64,000 nucleotides of DNA from Patescibacteria group bacterium (GTDB lineage: Bacteria; Patescibacteriota; Patescibacteriia; SG8-24; DYFX01): the NCBI GenBank assembly GCA_041659045.1, contig JBAZZB010000001.1, forward strand, positions 134,111-198,110, read 5' to 3'. Shown here piece after piece: positions 52,888-62,069 of the stretch (position 1 is its first letter; each line of letters begins with the position of its first letter). The notes beneath the pieces were generated by a model. The model did no database searches. It was not told the DNA's origin and saw nothing but the letters and a program-made list of their open reading frames with translations. The position numbers were made by a program, and so were the translations under genes.

Positions 52888-53616
52888 CTAGAAACGATGG
52901 CTCTGGAAGAAGGTTTGGCGACGGCGCAGAAGGACTTTCATGTCGATCGCGCAGCGCGGGCAGTAGTTGAACGGAAGGTGCAACCCATCGTCGTCGACGA
53001 AGCACGCGTGCGGAGCGACCTCATTCGGCGACGGGAGCCGCACGTACTCGGTGACGAGCGCGGCGTGTGCCATCCAGTCGCAGCAGAGCGGCGGCTGATC
53101 GATGGGGCCGGCCCACGGCGTGTGCGTGATGGTGCTGTCGATCTTGTACCGATCGAACGGGCAGCAGCTGATCGCGAGGCGCATGAGGCCGCGCATCTGC
53201 TGCTCGAGTCCGAGGTTCATGACGAGTAGCGTCCTCTCCGACATGCCGGGGCGGCGCAGCATGATGAAGCGTCCGTCGTCGCTGCCAGTGAAGATCTTGC
53301 CGATCGACACTTCGAACGACTCGCACCAGCAGGGGTCGGCGGCCGGCTGCTTGAGCAGTCCGATGACCTCCTCGGAGAGAAAGTACGGATCCGGCTCGTT
53401 CTCGACCGTGACGGAGATGTCCGGGTAACCGTCATCCTCCTCGTCGGTCGACGTGTCCGGGACGCTCGGCTTCTGCACCGCGGTTCGCGCGCTGCGCTGC
53501 GAAGTCGCGCGGCGATGCATGGCATAGCCGCTCGGTGAAGGGGTCGGGACCGGCACAAGCCGCGTGGGCTTCTCGATCTCTCTCCGCTTCGCTTCGTTCG
53601 ACGTGCGTTCGGCCAT
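52888..53616 (-). CDS. Hypothetical Cys-rich protein (possible zinc-binding C-terminal domain)
   Basis: 242 aa; CWCE, CCPF, LCCDW, HACF and CPRC clusters in the C-terminal half. Confidence 0.5.
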   Translation of the reverse strand: MAERTSNEAKRREIEKPTRLVPVPTPSPSGYAMHRRATSQRSARTAVQKPSVPDTSTDEEDDGYPDISVTVENEPDPYFLSEEVIGLLKQPAADPCWCESFEVSIGKIFTGSDDGRFIMLRRPGMSERTLLVMNLGLEQQMRGLMRLAISCCPFDRYKIDSTITHTPWAGPIDQPPLCCDWMAHAALVTEYVRLPSPNEVAPHACFVDDDGLHLPFNYCPRCAIDMKVLLRRRQTFFQSHRF

Positions 53617-53707
53617 GAAAGGCTCCTGTTGGAATGGGCGTCGGCTCCTGACCTTGCTACGGCCGACCGCGCACGATACCCTAAAGACACCTGATTGTCA
53701 ACGCTTC

Positions 53708-54784
53708 ATGATCCTCCGCGCTTTCTTTTACGGACTCCTCTTTGCGGTCGCTACCACGCCGATCGTCCGTTTTTTTGCGTTAAAACGTGGCGTGGTCGAT
53801 CGACCCGACGGGGGACGCAAAACCCACGAAAAGCCGACCCCGCTTCTTGGGGGGCTTGCCGTACTTGCCGCGTTTGCCGCGACGGTGTTTTGCCTTCGTT
53901 CCAACCTACTTGGCGGGTTCCTTCTTGAAAAACATCTCCTGGGATTGTTGGCTGGTTCAGCTCTTCTCGTCCTCGGTGGCATCTTGGATGACCGTTACCG
54001 ACTGCGTCCCGTGTTCCAGATGCTCTTTCCTACGTTCGCTTCACTCGTTGTTATCGCCTCTGGTATCGGCGCCGACTTCGTCACGAATCCGTTCGGCGGA
54101 CTCATTCGTTTGGATCTTTGGAATGTCACCTTGTTCCAGTCCGGCGGCGTGCCGTATCAGCTCACCTTTCCCGCCGATCTCTTCACCTTCGCCTGGCTCA
54201 TGGGCATGACCTACACGACCAAGTTACTCGACGGTCTCGATGGTCTCGTTTCAGGGCTCGGTGTCATCGGTTTCGCAGTGATCGCACTTTTGAGCATTAC
54301 GCCAGAAGTCGCGCAGCCTGAGCTCGCGATTCTCGCCATGGCGGCTGCTGGCGCACTTGGCGGTTTTCTCTTCTTCAACGCGCGCCCTGCTTCGATCTTT
54401 TTGGGCGAAGGGGGATCGACACTCGTCGGTTTCCTGCTCGGCGCGTTTGCGATTCTCTCAGGTGCCAAAATCGGCGTGACGCTCCTTGTGCTGGCCGTGC
54501 CGATTATGGATGTCGCTTGGACGATCGCACGCCGACTGGTTGCTCGTACATCGATCGCGCAAGGAGACGCCGACCATCTCCATTTTCGCCTTGTGCGCGG
54601 AGGCCTGAGCCCAAGCCAAACCGTCGCGCTCTTTTGGCTCTTCGCCGCGGCCTTTGGTGGCGCAGGGCTCTTCATCCGCGGACGCGAAAAATTGCTCGCG
54701 CTCGCGATCCTTGCGATACTGTTTCTGTTGACCACGTTTATTCTTCGACGCCGCACGCATGGAGGCTCAACCGAACAACGTTAG
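53708..54784 (+). CDS. Glycosyltransferase family 4, polyprenyl-phosphate N-acetylhexosamine-1-phosphate transferase (MraY/WecA family)
   Basis: ...KPTPLLGGLAV... and ...TKLLDGLDGLVSGL... motifs with 10-11 TM; MraY versus WecA cannot be distinguished from sequence alone. Confidence 0.7.
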   Translation: MILRAFFYGLLFAVATTPIVRFFALKRGVVDRPDGGRKTHEKPTPLLGGLAVLAAFAATVFCLRSNLLGGFLLEKHLLGLLAGSALLVLGGILDDRYRLRPVFQMLFPTFASLVVIASGIGADFVTNPFGGLIRLDLWNVTLFQSGGVPYQLTFPADLFTFAWLMGMTYTTKLLDGLDGLVSGLGVIGFAVIALLSITPEVAQPELAILAMAAAGALGGFLFFNARPASIFLGEGGSTLVGFLLGAFAILSGAKIGVTLLVLAVPIMDVAWTIARRLVARTSIAQGDADHLHFRLVRGGLSPSQTVALFWLFAAAFGGAGLFIRGREKLLALAILAILFLLTTFILRRRTHGGSTEQR

Positions 54785-55247
54785 AAAAATTCCATTTGCC
54801 GCGATTCTTGTTGGTCTCGTTGTTGTCGTGGCACTCGGTTTGCGCGCGCGCGACATGTGGGTCGCGAGACGTCTTGTCCTGGCGGAGATCACGCTCCGCG
54901 ACAAAACGTTCACGGTCGAGATCGCCGATACGGAGAAGAAAAAAGAGAGGGGACTCGGCGGACGAGACGTGCTGGCCGTCGATCATGGTATGTATTTTCC
55001 GTTTCCCTCGGCGAATTACTGGGTTTTTTGGATGAAAGATATGCGCTTTCCGATCGATATCCTATGGATTCGCGATGGCGTTATTGTGGATATCGATGCT
55101 TCCGTGCCCGTGCCGACGAGTGAAGATCTTGAAACCTACAGTCCGATCGAGCCAGCTGATGCCATACTCGAGTTGAACGCCGGTCTTGCGGCCGAGATTG
55201 GTGTAAAGGCAGGTGATCGTGTGGATGTAGGCTCCGCTCAAAAATAA
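54759..55247 (+). CDS. DUF192 domain protein
   Basis: N-terminal TM then DHGMYFPFPS...FWMKDMRFPIDILWI, characteristic of DUF192. Confidence 0.6.
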   Translation: MEAQPNNVRKIPFAAILVGLVVVVALGLRARDMWVARRLVLAEITLRDKTFTVEIADTEKKKERGLGGRDVLAVDHGMYFPFPSANYWVFWMKDMRFPIDILWIRDGVIVDIDASVPVPTSEDLETYSPIEPADAILELNAGLAAEIGVKAGDRVDVGSAQK

Positions 55248-55283
55248 AAGCGCACAGCGGAAAGCTGTGCGGCGAGATCCTGT

Positions 55284-55664
55284 TCAGCGCCTGACTTCAG
55301 ACGGCCGGCCGGCCTTGTCGTTTCCGTAGACCTTGACGACGAAGGGCCCTTCCGTGTCCCGGCCGTAGATGCGCATGACGCCGCTCCCGATGCCGAGTTG
55401 AACGCGCAACATCTCAAGGGATCCGTTGAGCGCTGCGTTGCTCTCCGATTCACCGCTCTTGAACAAATGCGTCGACACCCTGCCGACGTGATCGGTGTTC
55501 ACCGTGATGACGGCATACGTGCCGTCATCGAACTTCACCGGCTGAAGACGCTCATTCTCGCGCATCTCGAACGGTTCGCCGAGCTCTGTGATCGTCCGTT
55601 CTCCGTGACGAAGACCAGTACGAGGCACCTCGTGGCCATTATCGCCGTTTTTTCTGCTTGTCAT
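55284..55664 (-). CDS. Hypothetical protein (126 aa)
   Basis: ATG at 55664 with GGAGGA RBS. Confidence 0.55.
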   Translation of the reverse strand: MTSRKNGDNGHEVPRTGLRHGERTITELGEPFEMRENERLQPVKFDDGTYAVITVNTDHVGRVSTHLFKSGESESNAALNGSLEMLRVQLGIGSGVMRIYGRDTEGPFVVKVYGNDKAGRPSEVRR

Positions 55665-55796
55665 CGCTATCCTCCGAAGGTGTGTTGCGTATCTTGTAGC
55701 AACAAAAAGCGAAAGCGTCAAGGCGAACCGGTCGAGTTGACTTCAAGGCGCATGGAAAATAGGATAAGGGCAACCTGAACGTTCGGGAGGTGTTCC

Positions 55797-56186
55797 TTGA
55801 ATAATCCCACGACGGATGAGTTGCGCGCTCTGCTTGAGAGGGTATGGTGTCTCGAAACGCGTTCGAATGGGTGTACGGGACCTTGGACACCGGAACGTCC
55901 TTCGATGGGGCAATGCGTGCCGACCTCGTTGATCGTCCAAGACCTATTCGGCGGAATCATTCTGCGCACGAATGCAGATGGGAAGCATCCCCATTACTTC
56001 AATCGGCTGGCTGGCGGAACGGAAGTCGATCTGACCCGCGATCAGTTCCTGCCGAACACGGTCTTCGAGCCCCCGTGGGAATTTCGACGCCAGAACATGC
56101 TGCATTCTTCGGGCGCGATCGAAGCGGGGATCATTGGACAGTACACCCACTTGTGCCGGCTTCTCGGTTTGCCGGCGAGGACGTGA
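55797..56186 (+). CDS. Hypothetical protein
   Basis: TTG start with GGGAGGTG upstream; 129 aa. Confidence 0.45.
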   Translation: MNNPTTDELRALLERVWCLETRSNGCTGPWTPERPSMGQCVPTSLIVQDLFGGIILRTNADGKHPHYFNRLAGGTEVDLTRDQFLPNTVFEPPWEFRRQNMLHSSGAIEAGIIGQYTHLCRLLGLPART

Positions 56187-56189
56187 ATC

Positions 56190-56543
56190 ATGCGCTTTCT
56201 TGAACTGCTCTTCGTTGCCGCGCTCATCTTGTACACGACGGCTATCTGGGCGGATCGCATCAAAGGCGAGCTGCACGCGTGGATGGTCAAGGTGTTCATC
56301 TTCGGCTTCCTCTGCGACGTGTTTGGTACGATCCTGGTGTGCGTGACCGTGACTGGTGCCTGGCATCCAACGCTGCACATGCTGACCGGCACCGCTTCGC
56401 TCGTCATCATGGCACTACATCTCGCTTGGGCGATCATGGCGATGAGTCGCGGCGAGCGCTCTGAGGCCTGCTTCCGACGCTGGTCGATACCGGCCTGGCT
56501 GCTCTGGCTCGTCTCGTTCCTGTCCGGTGCCTTCCTACCTTAA
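56190..56543 (+). CDS. Small membrane protein (HsmA-like)
   Basis: 117 aa, 3-4 TM; starts 4 nt after the upstream stop. Confidence 0.5.
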   Translation: MRFLELLFVAALILYTTAIWADRIKGELHAWMVKVFIFGFLCDVFGTILVCVTVTGAWHPTLHMLTGTASLVIMALHLAWAIMAMSRGERSEACFRRWSIPAWLLWLVSFLSGAFLP

Positions 56544-56568
56544 CCTCCATGTTTTCGGAGGTTTTTTC
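56543..56568 (+). terminator. Rho-independent terminator
   Basis: ACCTCC-atgttttc-GGAGGT followed by TTTTTT. Confidence 0.75.
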
Positions 56569-56595
56569 TTTCCTCTCATCTAACCCACCCCGGCC

Positions 56596-56624
56596 TTGAC
56601 GCCTCGGGGAGACCCTGATAGAGT
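56596..56624 (+). promoter_or_regulatory. rplU promoter
   Basis: TTGACG, 17 nt, TAGAGT; ~28 nt upstream of the rplU ATG. Confidence 0.55.
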
Positions 56625-56652
56625 GGCCTCACTTTCAGATAAGCCAACCTCT

Positions 56653-56964
56653 ATGTACGCAGTCATCGCCTCCGGCGGCAAACAATATAAAGTTAAGGAA
56701 GGCCAGACCGTGAAGGTCGAAAAGCTCTTGGCTGACGAGGGTTCTACCCTCGAACTCCCGGTTCTCCTGGTTTCCAGCGAGGACGGCAGCGGCCTCAAGC
56801 TCGGCACTCCGACCGTCGACGGCGCCAAGGTTACGGCCAAGGTTCTCGAGCACGGCCGCGCGGCCAAGATCCAGATCGTGAAGTACAAGCCGAAGAGCCG
56901 CTACAAGCGCGTCAACGGTCATCGCCAGCCCTTCACGTCCATCCAGATCGAAAAGATCGCCTAA
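56653..56964 (+). CDS. rplU: 50S ribosomal protein L21
   Basis: MYAVIASGGKQYKVKEGQTVKVEKL...KYKPKSRYKRVNGHRQPFT, canonical L21. Confidence 0.95.
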   Translation: MYAVIASGGKQYKVKEGQTVKVEKLLADEGSTLELPVLLVSSEDGSGLKLGTPTVDGAKVTAKVLEHGRAAKIQIVKYKPKSRYKRVNGHRQPFTSIQIEKIA

Positions 56965-56971
56965 GAACAAT

Positions 56972-56997
56972 CCTCCGACATCGTCGGGGGATTTTTC
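56972..56997 (+). terminator. Rho-independent terminator directly after rplU
   Basis: CCTCCGAC-atc-GTCGGGGG followed by ATTTTTC. Confidence 0.75.
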
Positions 56998-57026
56998 GTT
57001 GACGGAGCATCGTACACTTCCTACAC

Positions 57027-57719
57027 TTGTGGCATATGGTCAACCAACTCGAAGCAATCGTCTTTGCAGGAGGCACGCGCGAACCGATCGATGATGTGCG
57101 TGTCATCACCAATCTTTCAACGGGTCGATTCGGCATCACGATTGCTAGAGCGTTGGCGCGGCGTGGTGTCCGGGTGACACTCGCAGCTTCTACAGGTGTC
57201 GTAGAACCCCTCGACGATTTTTCCGGCGCGCCCGGTTCCTCGGGGCAGCTCGTACGTTTCGCTTCATATGCCAATTTGGCCGAGGTGATTGATGGTCTGG
57301 CAAAAGGAGCTGCGGGCATCGCGGCGCTCGTCTTCATGGCCGCGGCCGTTTCCGATTTCAGCCCTGTGCGTTCCGAGGGCAAGATCTCGTCAGATCAGGA
57401 GGAAATTACGATCACGATGCGGCGCAACCCCAAACTCTTGGCGCGCTTCCGTGAGCAGTTCGGCCTCGAAGCGTACTTGGTCGGTTTCAAACTGACATCA
57501 GGCCTCAGGCGCGAGGAGATGTTGGAGAAAGCGCGCAAGCAGTTAGAAGCCTGTAAGCTCGATCTGGTTGTCGCGAATGATTTAAAAAACTTCGAAAACG
57601 AAAACCACCCGGTCACGCTTTTGACGCCGGGTGGGGAGACTGTTGAACTTGTTGGCACGCGAAACGTTGTTGCTGAACAGCTCGTAGAAGACGTGCTTGC
57701 TCGAGTGGCTGGGCGCTAG
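57027..57719 (+). CDS. coaB: Phosphopantothenate--cysteine ligase (CoaB domain only)
   Basis: RVITNLSTGRFG (CoaB dinucleotide-binding motif) and ...AVSDF...KLDLVVANDL; no CoaC flavoprotein domain. Confidence 0.7.
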   Translation: MWHMVNQLEAIVFAGGTREPIDDVRVITNLSTGRFGITIARALARRGVRVTLAASTGVVEPLDDFSGAPGSSGQLVRFASYANLAEVIDGLAKGAAGIAALVFMAAAVSDFSPVRSEGKISSDQEEITITMRRNPKLLARFREQFGLEAYLVGFKLTSGLRREEMLEKARKQLEACKLDLVVANDLKNFENENHPVTLLTPGGETVELVGTRNVVAEQLVEDVLARVAGR

Positions 57720-58324
57720 CGCGAGGAAATATCACGCCTCCCGACCAGTGCGTCCGAGAGCGTGACTTCGTCGGCGTACTCGAGGTCGGCACCACGGGGG
57801 AGGCCGCGTGCTAGGCGCGTCACGCGCGGCAGAGAAGCGGCGTAACGGCGGGAAAGATAGACCATCGTGGCTTCACCCTCGATCGTTGGATTGACGGCTA
57901 AGAGCAATTCGCGCACCGAGCCACCTTGGAGACGCTGATCAAGACCGTCGATACCGAGCGTTTCCGGTGTCACGCCTTCAATAGGAGAAAGAAGTCCGCC
58001 AAGCACGAAATACTTGCCGCGGTAGGCGCCCGTACGTTCGATTGCGGAGAGTCCCTGCTGGTCAGCAACAATACAGAGCTCGTCATCACGGCGTGACGGA
58101 TCGCGGCAAATGCGGCAGGGATCCGATTCCGAGACGCTGCGACATCTCGCGCAGATGATAATAGAACGCTCCAACGCGAAAATGGCGTCGCCTAAGCGCG
58201 TGGCTGCTTCGCGACCGCGGCCAAGCAAATGAAACACGAAACGTTCGGCGGTTTTTTCGCCGATACCGGGGAGCTTTTTAAACTCCTGAATCAGGTTTTC
58301 GATTGAAGCCGGAAACCGCGACAT
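57716..58324 (-). CDS. recR: Recombination protein RecR
   Basis: HhH (LPGIGEKTAERF), C4 zinc finger (CARCRSVSESDPCRIC), Toprim and Walker-like motifs. Confidence 0.95.
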   Translation of the reverse strand: MSRFPASIENLIQEFKKLPGIGEKTAERFVFHLLGRGREAATRLGDAIFALERSIIICARCRSVSESDPCRICRDPSRRDDELCIVADQQGLSAIERTGAYRGKYFVLGGLLSPIEGVTPETLGIDGLDQRLQGGSVRELLLAVNPTIEGEATMVYLSRRYAASLPRVTRLARGLPRGADLEYADEVTLSDALVGRRDISSR

Positions 58325-58327
58325 TGC

Positions 58328-58627
58328 TTAGTTCAATCCCGGAATGTTCAAGCCACCCGATTTCTTCATGGCTTCTGCCATGGCGCGCTGCGCTTTTTTG
58401 ACCGTGTCGTTGTAAGCCTCCTTTACGGCTGCTTCAAGTTTGGCTTTATCGGAAAGCAGTTCTGGATCGATCTTTACATCGGTAACTTCTTGGTTGCCGT
58501 TCATGGTGACGGTGACTTTGCCCCAAGCTCCGGATCCTTCGACGGTGACGTCCTTCAGGGTGTCCTGGATTTTCTTGGCTTGGTCGCGAAGATCTTTGAT
58601 CTGTTTGAGCTTGCTGAACATGGTCAT
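58328..58627 (-). CDS. ybaB: Nucleoid-associated protein YbaB/EbfC
   Basis: 99 aa; ...KIQDTLKDVTVEGSGAWGKVTVTMNGNQEV..., canonical. Confidence 0.9.
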   Translation of the reverse strand: MTMFSKLKQIKDLRDQAKKIQDTLKDVTVEGSGAWGKVTVTMNGNQEVTDVKIDPELLSDKAKLEAAVKEAYNDTVKKAQRAMAEAMKKSGGLNIPGLN

Positions 58628-58636
58628 AGGTGGTGA

Positions 58637-60043
58637 TTAGGCTTCGATGGCGGTCGGGCCTCCGAAATCTTTTTCAAGATTTTTGAAGCTAGCGCGGTTT
58701 TCGTCAAAGAAGAGTCTGCAGACGCCGGTCGGACCGTTACGATGCTTGGCGATGTGGATTTCAGCGACGTGTCGTTCCTCCGGCGCCAAGTCTTCCAAAC
58801 GGTAGTTGCGGTCGGCGGCCTTGCGGTAGATGAACATGACGACGTCGGCGTCTTGTTCGATGGAGCCGGATTCACGCAAGTGCGCGAGTTTCGGAATGGC
58901 CGGCTTGCTCAGTTCGACGGCGCGCGAGAGCTGTGAGAGCGCTAGAACCGGTACGTTCATTTCGCGCGCCAAGCCCTTGAGCGAACGGGTGATGCCGGCG
59001 ATTTCCTGCACGCGGTTTTCGATCTTCGTCTGCGACTCCATGAGCTGGAGATAGTCGACGACGATGAGGCCGAGTTGCCCGTATTGTTTCTGGAGACGCC
59101 GCACCTTGGTGCGGATTTCCATGATGTTGACGTTGGCGGAGTCGTCGATGAAGATCGGCGCTTCGGAAAGCGTACCGAGTGCGTGGGCGATGTGCGGAAA
59201 GTCGTCGTCACCCGGTTTGTCGGACAAGCGTCCGGTGCGCATCTTCCACAAGTCAACGTTGGCTTCAGCACAGATCATGCGATCGACCAATTGTTCCTTC
59301 GACATTTCCAGAGAGAAGATGCCGACCGGCTTTTGCGAGCGCACCGCGACGTTGCGGGCGATGTCGAGTGCGAACGATGTTTTACCGCAAGCCGGACGGG
59401 CGGCAAGAATAACGAGGTCAGAGGCTTGGAGACCTGCCAGAAGGTTGTCGAGCGATTTGAAACCGGTCGGCACACCGCGCAGCTTGCCCTTCTCCTTGTG
59501 CAGTTCATCGATGCGATCGAACGCCGCGTCGAGGACGCTGCGGATCGGAACGAAGTTCTGTTTGAGATGCTTTTGCGAAACACCGAAGAGTCTCTGCTCA
59601 GCTTGGTCGAGCAATGATTCGACGTTATCTGTTTCGCCGCCATCGAAGCCCATGCGAGCGATTTCGTGCGACGCGGTAATGAGGCGGCGAAGCGTCGAAT
59701 CGCGTTGGACGATTTTGGCGTAGTGGAAAACGTGCGAGGCGGTCGGCACGGCTTCGGCAAGTTGCGCCAGATACGTTTGCCCGCCACAACGTTCGAGCTG
59801 GCTCGCTTCGTTCAAACGATCGGAAAGGGAAATGAGGTCGATCGGTTCGGACTTGGCATAGAGGCCAAGCATGGCGTCAAAAATCGCGCCGTGGCTTTCA
59901 CGGTAAAAATCTTCGGGCGTGACCATGTCGGCCACGCGCAAAATTGCTTCCTTATCGATCAGGATCGAACCAAGGACGGCAGCTTCCGCGTCGTAGTTGT
60001 GCGGTGGGACGAATTCGGGTTTGCGGTCGCCAGAAGCTTGCAT
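58637..60043 (-). CDS. dnaB: Replicative DNA helicase DnaB
   Basis: N-terminal domain (HNYDAEAAVLGSIL), Walker A ARPACGKTSFAL, Walker B LIVVDYLQLM, arginine finger. Confidence 0.95.
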   Translation of the reverse strand: MQASGDRKPEFVPPHNYDAEAAVLGSILIDKEAILRVADMVTPEDFYRESHGAIFDAMLGLYAKSEPIDLISLSDRLNEASQLERCGGQTYLAQLAEAVPTASHVFHYAKIVQRDSTLRRLITASHEIARMGFDGGETDNVESLLDQAEQRLFGVSQKHLKQNFVPIRSVLDAAFDRIDELHKEKGKLRGVPTGFKSLDNLLAGLQASDLVILAARPACGKTSFALDIARNVAVRSQKPVGIFSLEMSKEQLVDRMICAEANVDLWKMRTGRLSDKPGDDDFPHIAHALGTLSEAPIFIDDSANVNIMEIRTKVRRLQKQYGQLGLIVVDYLQLMESQTKIENRVQEIAGITRSLKGLAREMNVPVLALSQLSRAVELSKPAIPKLAHLRESGSIEQDADVVMFIYRKAADRNYRLEDLAPEERHVAEIHIAKHRNGPTGVCRLFFDENRASFKNLEKDFGGPTAIEA

Positions 60044-60110
60044 AGTGGCACTATCGTACGTGATGGGGCTAGCACCGTCAAAGCGAAAAAACGGGCCTGG
60101 AAGGCACCGT

Positions 60111-60737
60111 TCAGGGGTCGGTTATGAGCCTGTGGATAAGATCGAACAGGCTCGAATCGTACAGAGGGGAGCGGTGGTACCACGGACCATAGTGGCACCA
60201 AGCCGGGTTGAGGTCAGGCTGCCTCGGTCGGACGAGCAGATCGTTCGTGCCGAAGATCGCTTGGAAGTCCCACGCGCGCGGTTTGTGCAGAAATGAGACC
60301 TGCTTCTTGAGCGTGGGGCTACCCGGACGCATTTCACGAATGCTGGTGCGAAGGAGCGGATCAACGAGCCACCCAAGCTCTGCGGACCATGCTCCATGGA
60401 ACGGTGTACCGAACGTAATGACGCGGCAGACGATCTCTTCGGGGTTGTCGTACACCCGAATGATCGACTGCATCATCGAAGAGACGCTGACGAGCCCGCC
60501 TTCCGACCAGCCGACGAGGGTGATCGGTTCATCCAACTTCTCGCGAAGCTTCAGGATGTCTTCCGCGAGATGCCGGCCATGAAAGTTGATCGGCTTGCGA
60601 TAGAGGAACGGGGCGCGTGGCCAATCATGCGTGTCGACGTCGCACTGACGCAGGGCTTCTTGCAACGGGCGGAGCGAGAGCTGCCCACCAAGGAAACCAG
60701 GCACGAGCACTGTCGGAAAACGTGGTGTTGAGGACAC
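60111..60737 (-). CDS. Alpha/beta hydrolase (lipase/esterase-like)
   Basis: GWSEGG nucleophile elbow (GxSxG); 208 aa. Confidence 0.6.
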   Translation of the reverse strand: MSSTPRFPTVLVPGFLGGQLSLRPLQEALRQCDVDTHDWPRAPFLYRKPINFHGRHLAEDILKLREKLDEPITLVGWSEGGLVSVSSMMQSIIRVYDNPEEIVCRVITFGTPFHGAWSAELGWLVDPLLRTSIREMRPGSPTLKKQVSFLHKPRAWDFQAIFGTNDLLVRPRQPDLNPAWCHYGPWYHRSPLYDSSLFDLIHRLITDP

Positions 60738-60814
60738 GTGACACCTCCGTGAGAGCCTTCCTCCACGGTAGACCTACGCCGCTTCGAAGTCAAAATATGG
60801 TAGAATAGCCCTAT

Positions 60815-61963
60815 ATGTCGAACACCAAGCGTCCGTCGCGCTTCGGGTCGGGTTTCCGCGCTTCTTTCGTGCTATTCGGCACGATCGTCGGTGCTGGAAT
60901 TTTTGGTTTGCCGTTCATCGTGCAGCAGTCGGGGTATCTTCCTGGGCTCTTTTGGATGATCGTCTTGGCTGGAGCCGTGACGCTTACGCACCTACTCTAC
61001 GCGGAGGTTGTGATGGCGACGCCTGGGCAGCATCGCTTGGTCGGATACGTACGGATTCATCTTGGACCGTGGGCAGAACGACTGGAAGCATTTTCTTCGG
61101 TCATCGGTTTGTTCGGATCAAGTTTGGCCTACTTGATTCTTGGTGGCTTGTTCGTGTCACAAATTTCAGCTTCATTTTTTCCCGTCTCTGCATTTTGGGG
61201 ATCGCTTCTGTTGTTCGTTTTCGGACTCATGGTTGTGCGGAAGGGGACGGCGTTTCTTTCCGGCGTCGATTTTTGGATGACGCTTATCGAGATGGGCTCG
61301 ATCCTGCTTCTCACGTTCATTGCCGCGACGGCCGTCAAAACAGAACATCTCGTCACGATGCACCTCGATCGCGGATTGCTGCCATACGGTATCGTTTTGT
61401 TCGCCTATGGCGGATTGACCGTCGTTACGGAAGTGCGTGAGATCGTTGGTGGTGATCCTCGTAAAGTCCGTCGCAGTGTCGTAGCAGGAACGCTCATGGC
61501 CGTTGGTTTGACGATTGCGTTTGTGACGGCGGTTGTTGGTGGGTTGGGCCCGGAGACGACACAGGAGTCGATCGGTGGTCTTAGCTTGAAGTTTGGCGGC
61601 TCACTGCCGCTTCTTGGTGCGATCGCTGGTCTCTTCTCGATCCTGACGTCCTACATCGTCTTTACCGACTATTTGAACAAGCAATTCCGCCAAGACTTTG
61701 GTATTCGACCTTTTTTGGCGGCCATCGCAGCGGTTGGCTTACCGTTTCTCCTCTACCTCGTCGGTATCCGCAGTTTTGGCCGCATTTTGGAGCTTGTCGG
61801 AGCCGTCCTGATCGGTGTTGAGGGCATGTTTGTGGCCGTGATGTACTTGAAAGTAAAACGCGAAAAACGACCCGGTGTGCTCAAGGTTCCAAACGGGCTC
61901 GTCTATTTCCTGATGCTGGTATACGGCGCGGGTGCTCTCTACGCACTTTTTGGTCCACGCTAA
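60815..61963 (+). CDS. Amino acid permease (aromatic amino acid/TnaB-Mtr-like transporter family)
   Basis: 11 TM; N-terminal ...FGTIVGAGIFGLPF... typical of the HAAAP/amino-acid transporter family. Confidence 0.65.
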   Translation: MSNTKRPSRFGSGFRASFVLFGTIVGAGIFGLPFIVQQSGYLPGLFWMIVLAGAVTLTHLLYAEVVMATPGQHRLVGYVRIHLGPWAERLEAFSSVIGLFGSSLAYLILGGLFVSQISASFFPVSAFWGSLLLFVFGLMVVRKGTAFLSGVDFWMTLIEMGSILLLTFIAATAVKTEHLVTMHLDRGLLPYGIVLFAYGGLTVVTEVREIVGGDPRKVRRSVVAGTLMAVGLTIAFVTAVVGGLGPETTQESIGGLSLKFGGSLPLLGAIAGLFSILTSYIVFTDYLNKQFRQDFGIRPFLAAIAAVGLPFLLYLVGIRSFGRILELVGAVLIGVEGMFVAVMYLKVKREKRPGVLKVPNGLVYFLMLVYGAGALYALFGPR

Positions 61964-61970
61964 TTGGAAG

Positions 61971-61997
61971 AACCCTTGACAAAACAGGGTTTTTTTG
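61971..61997 (+). terminator. Rho-independent terminator
   Basis: AACCCT-tgacaaaac-AGGGTT followed by TTTTTTT. Confidence 0.7.
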
Positions 61998-62069
61998 ATA
62001 GGTTCGGTCTCAGTGAGATTGCCCTTTTTCTCGAGAAGTACCACATCAACCCAAGGCAAGGAGGCTGAC

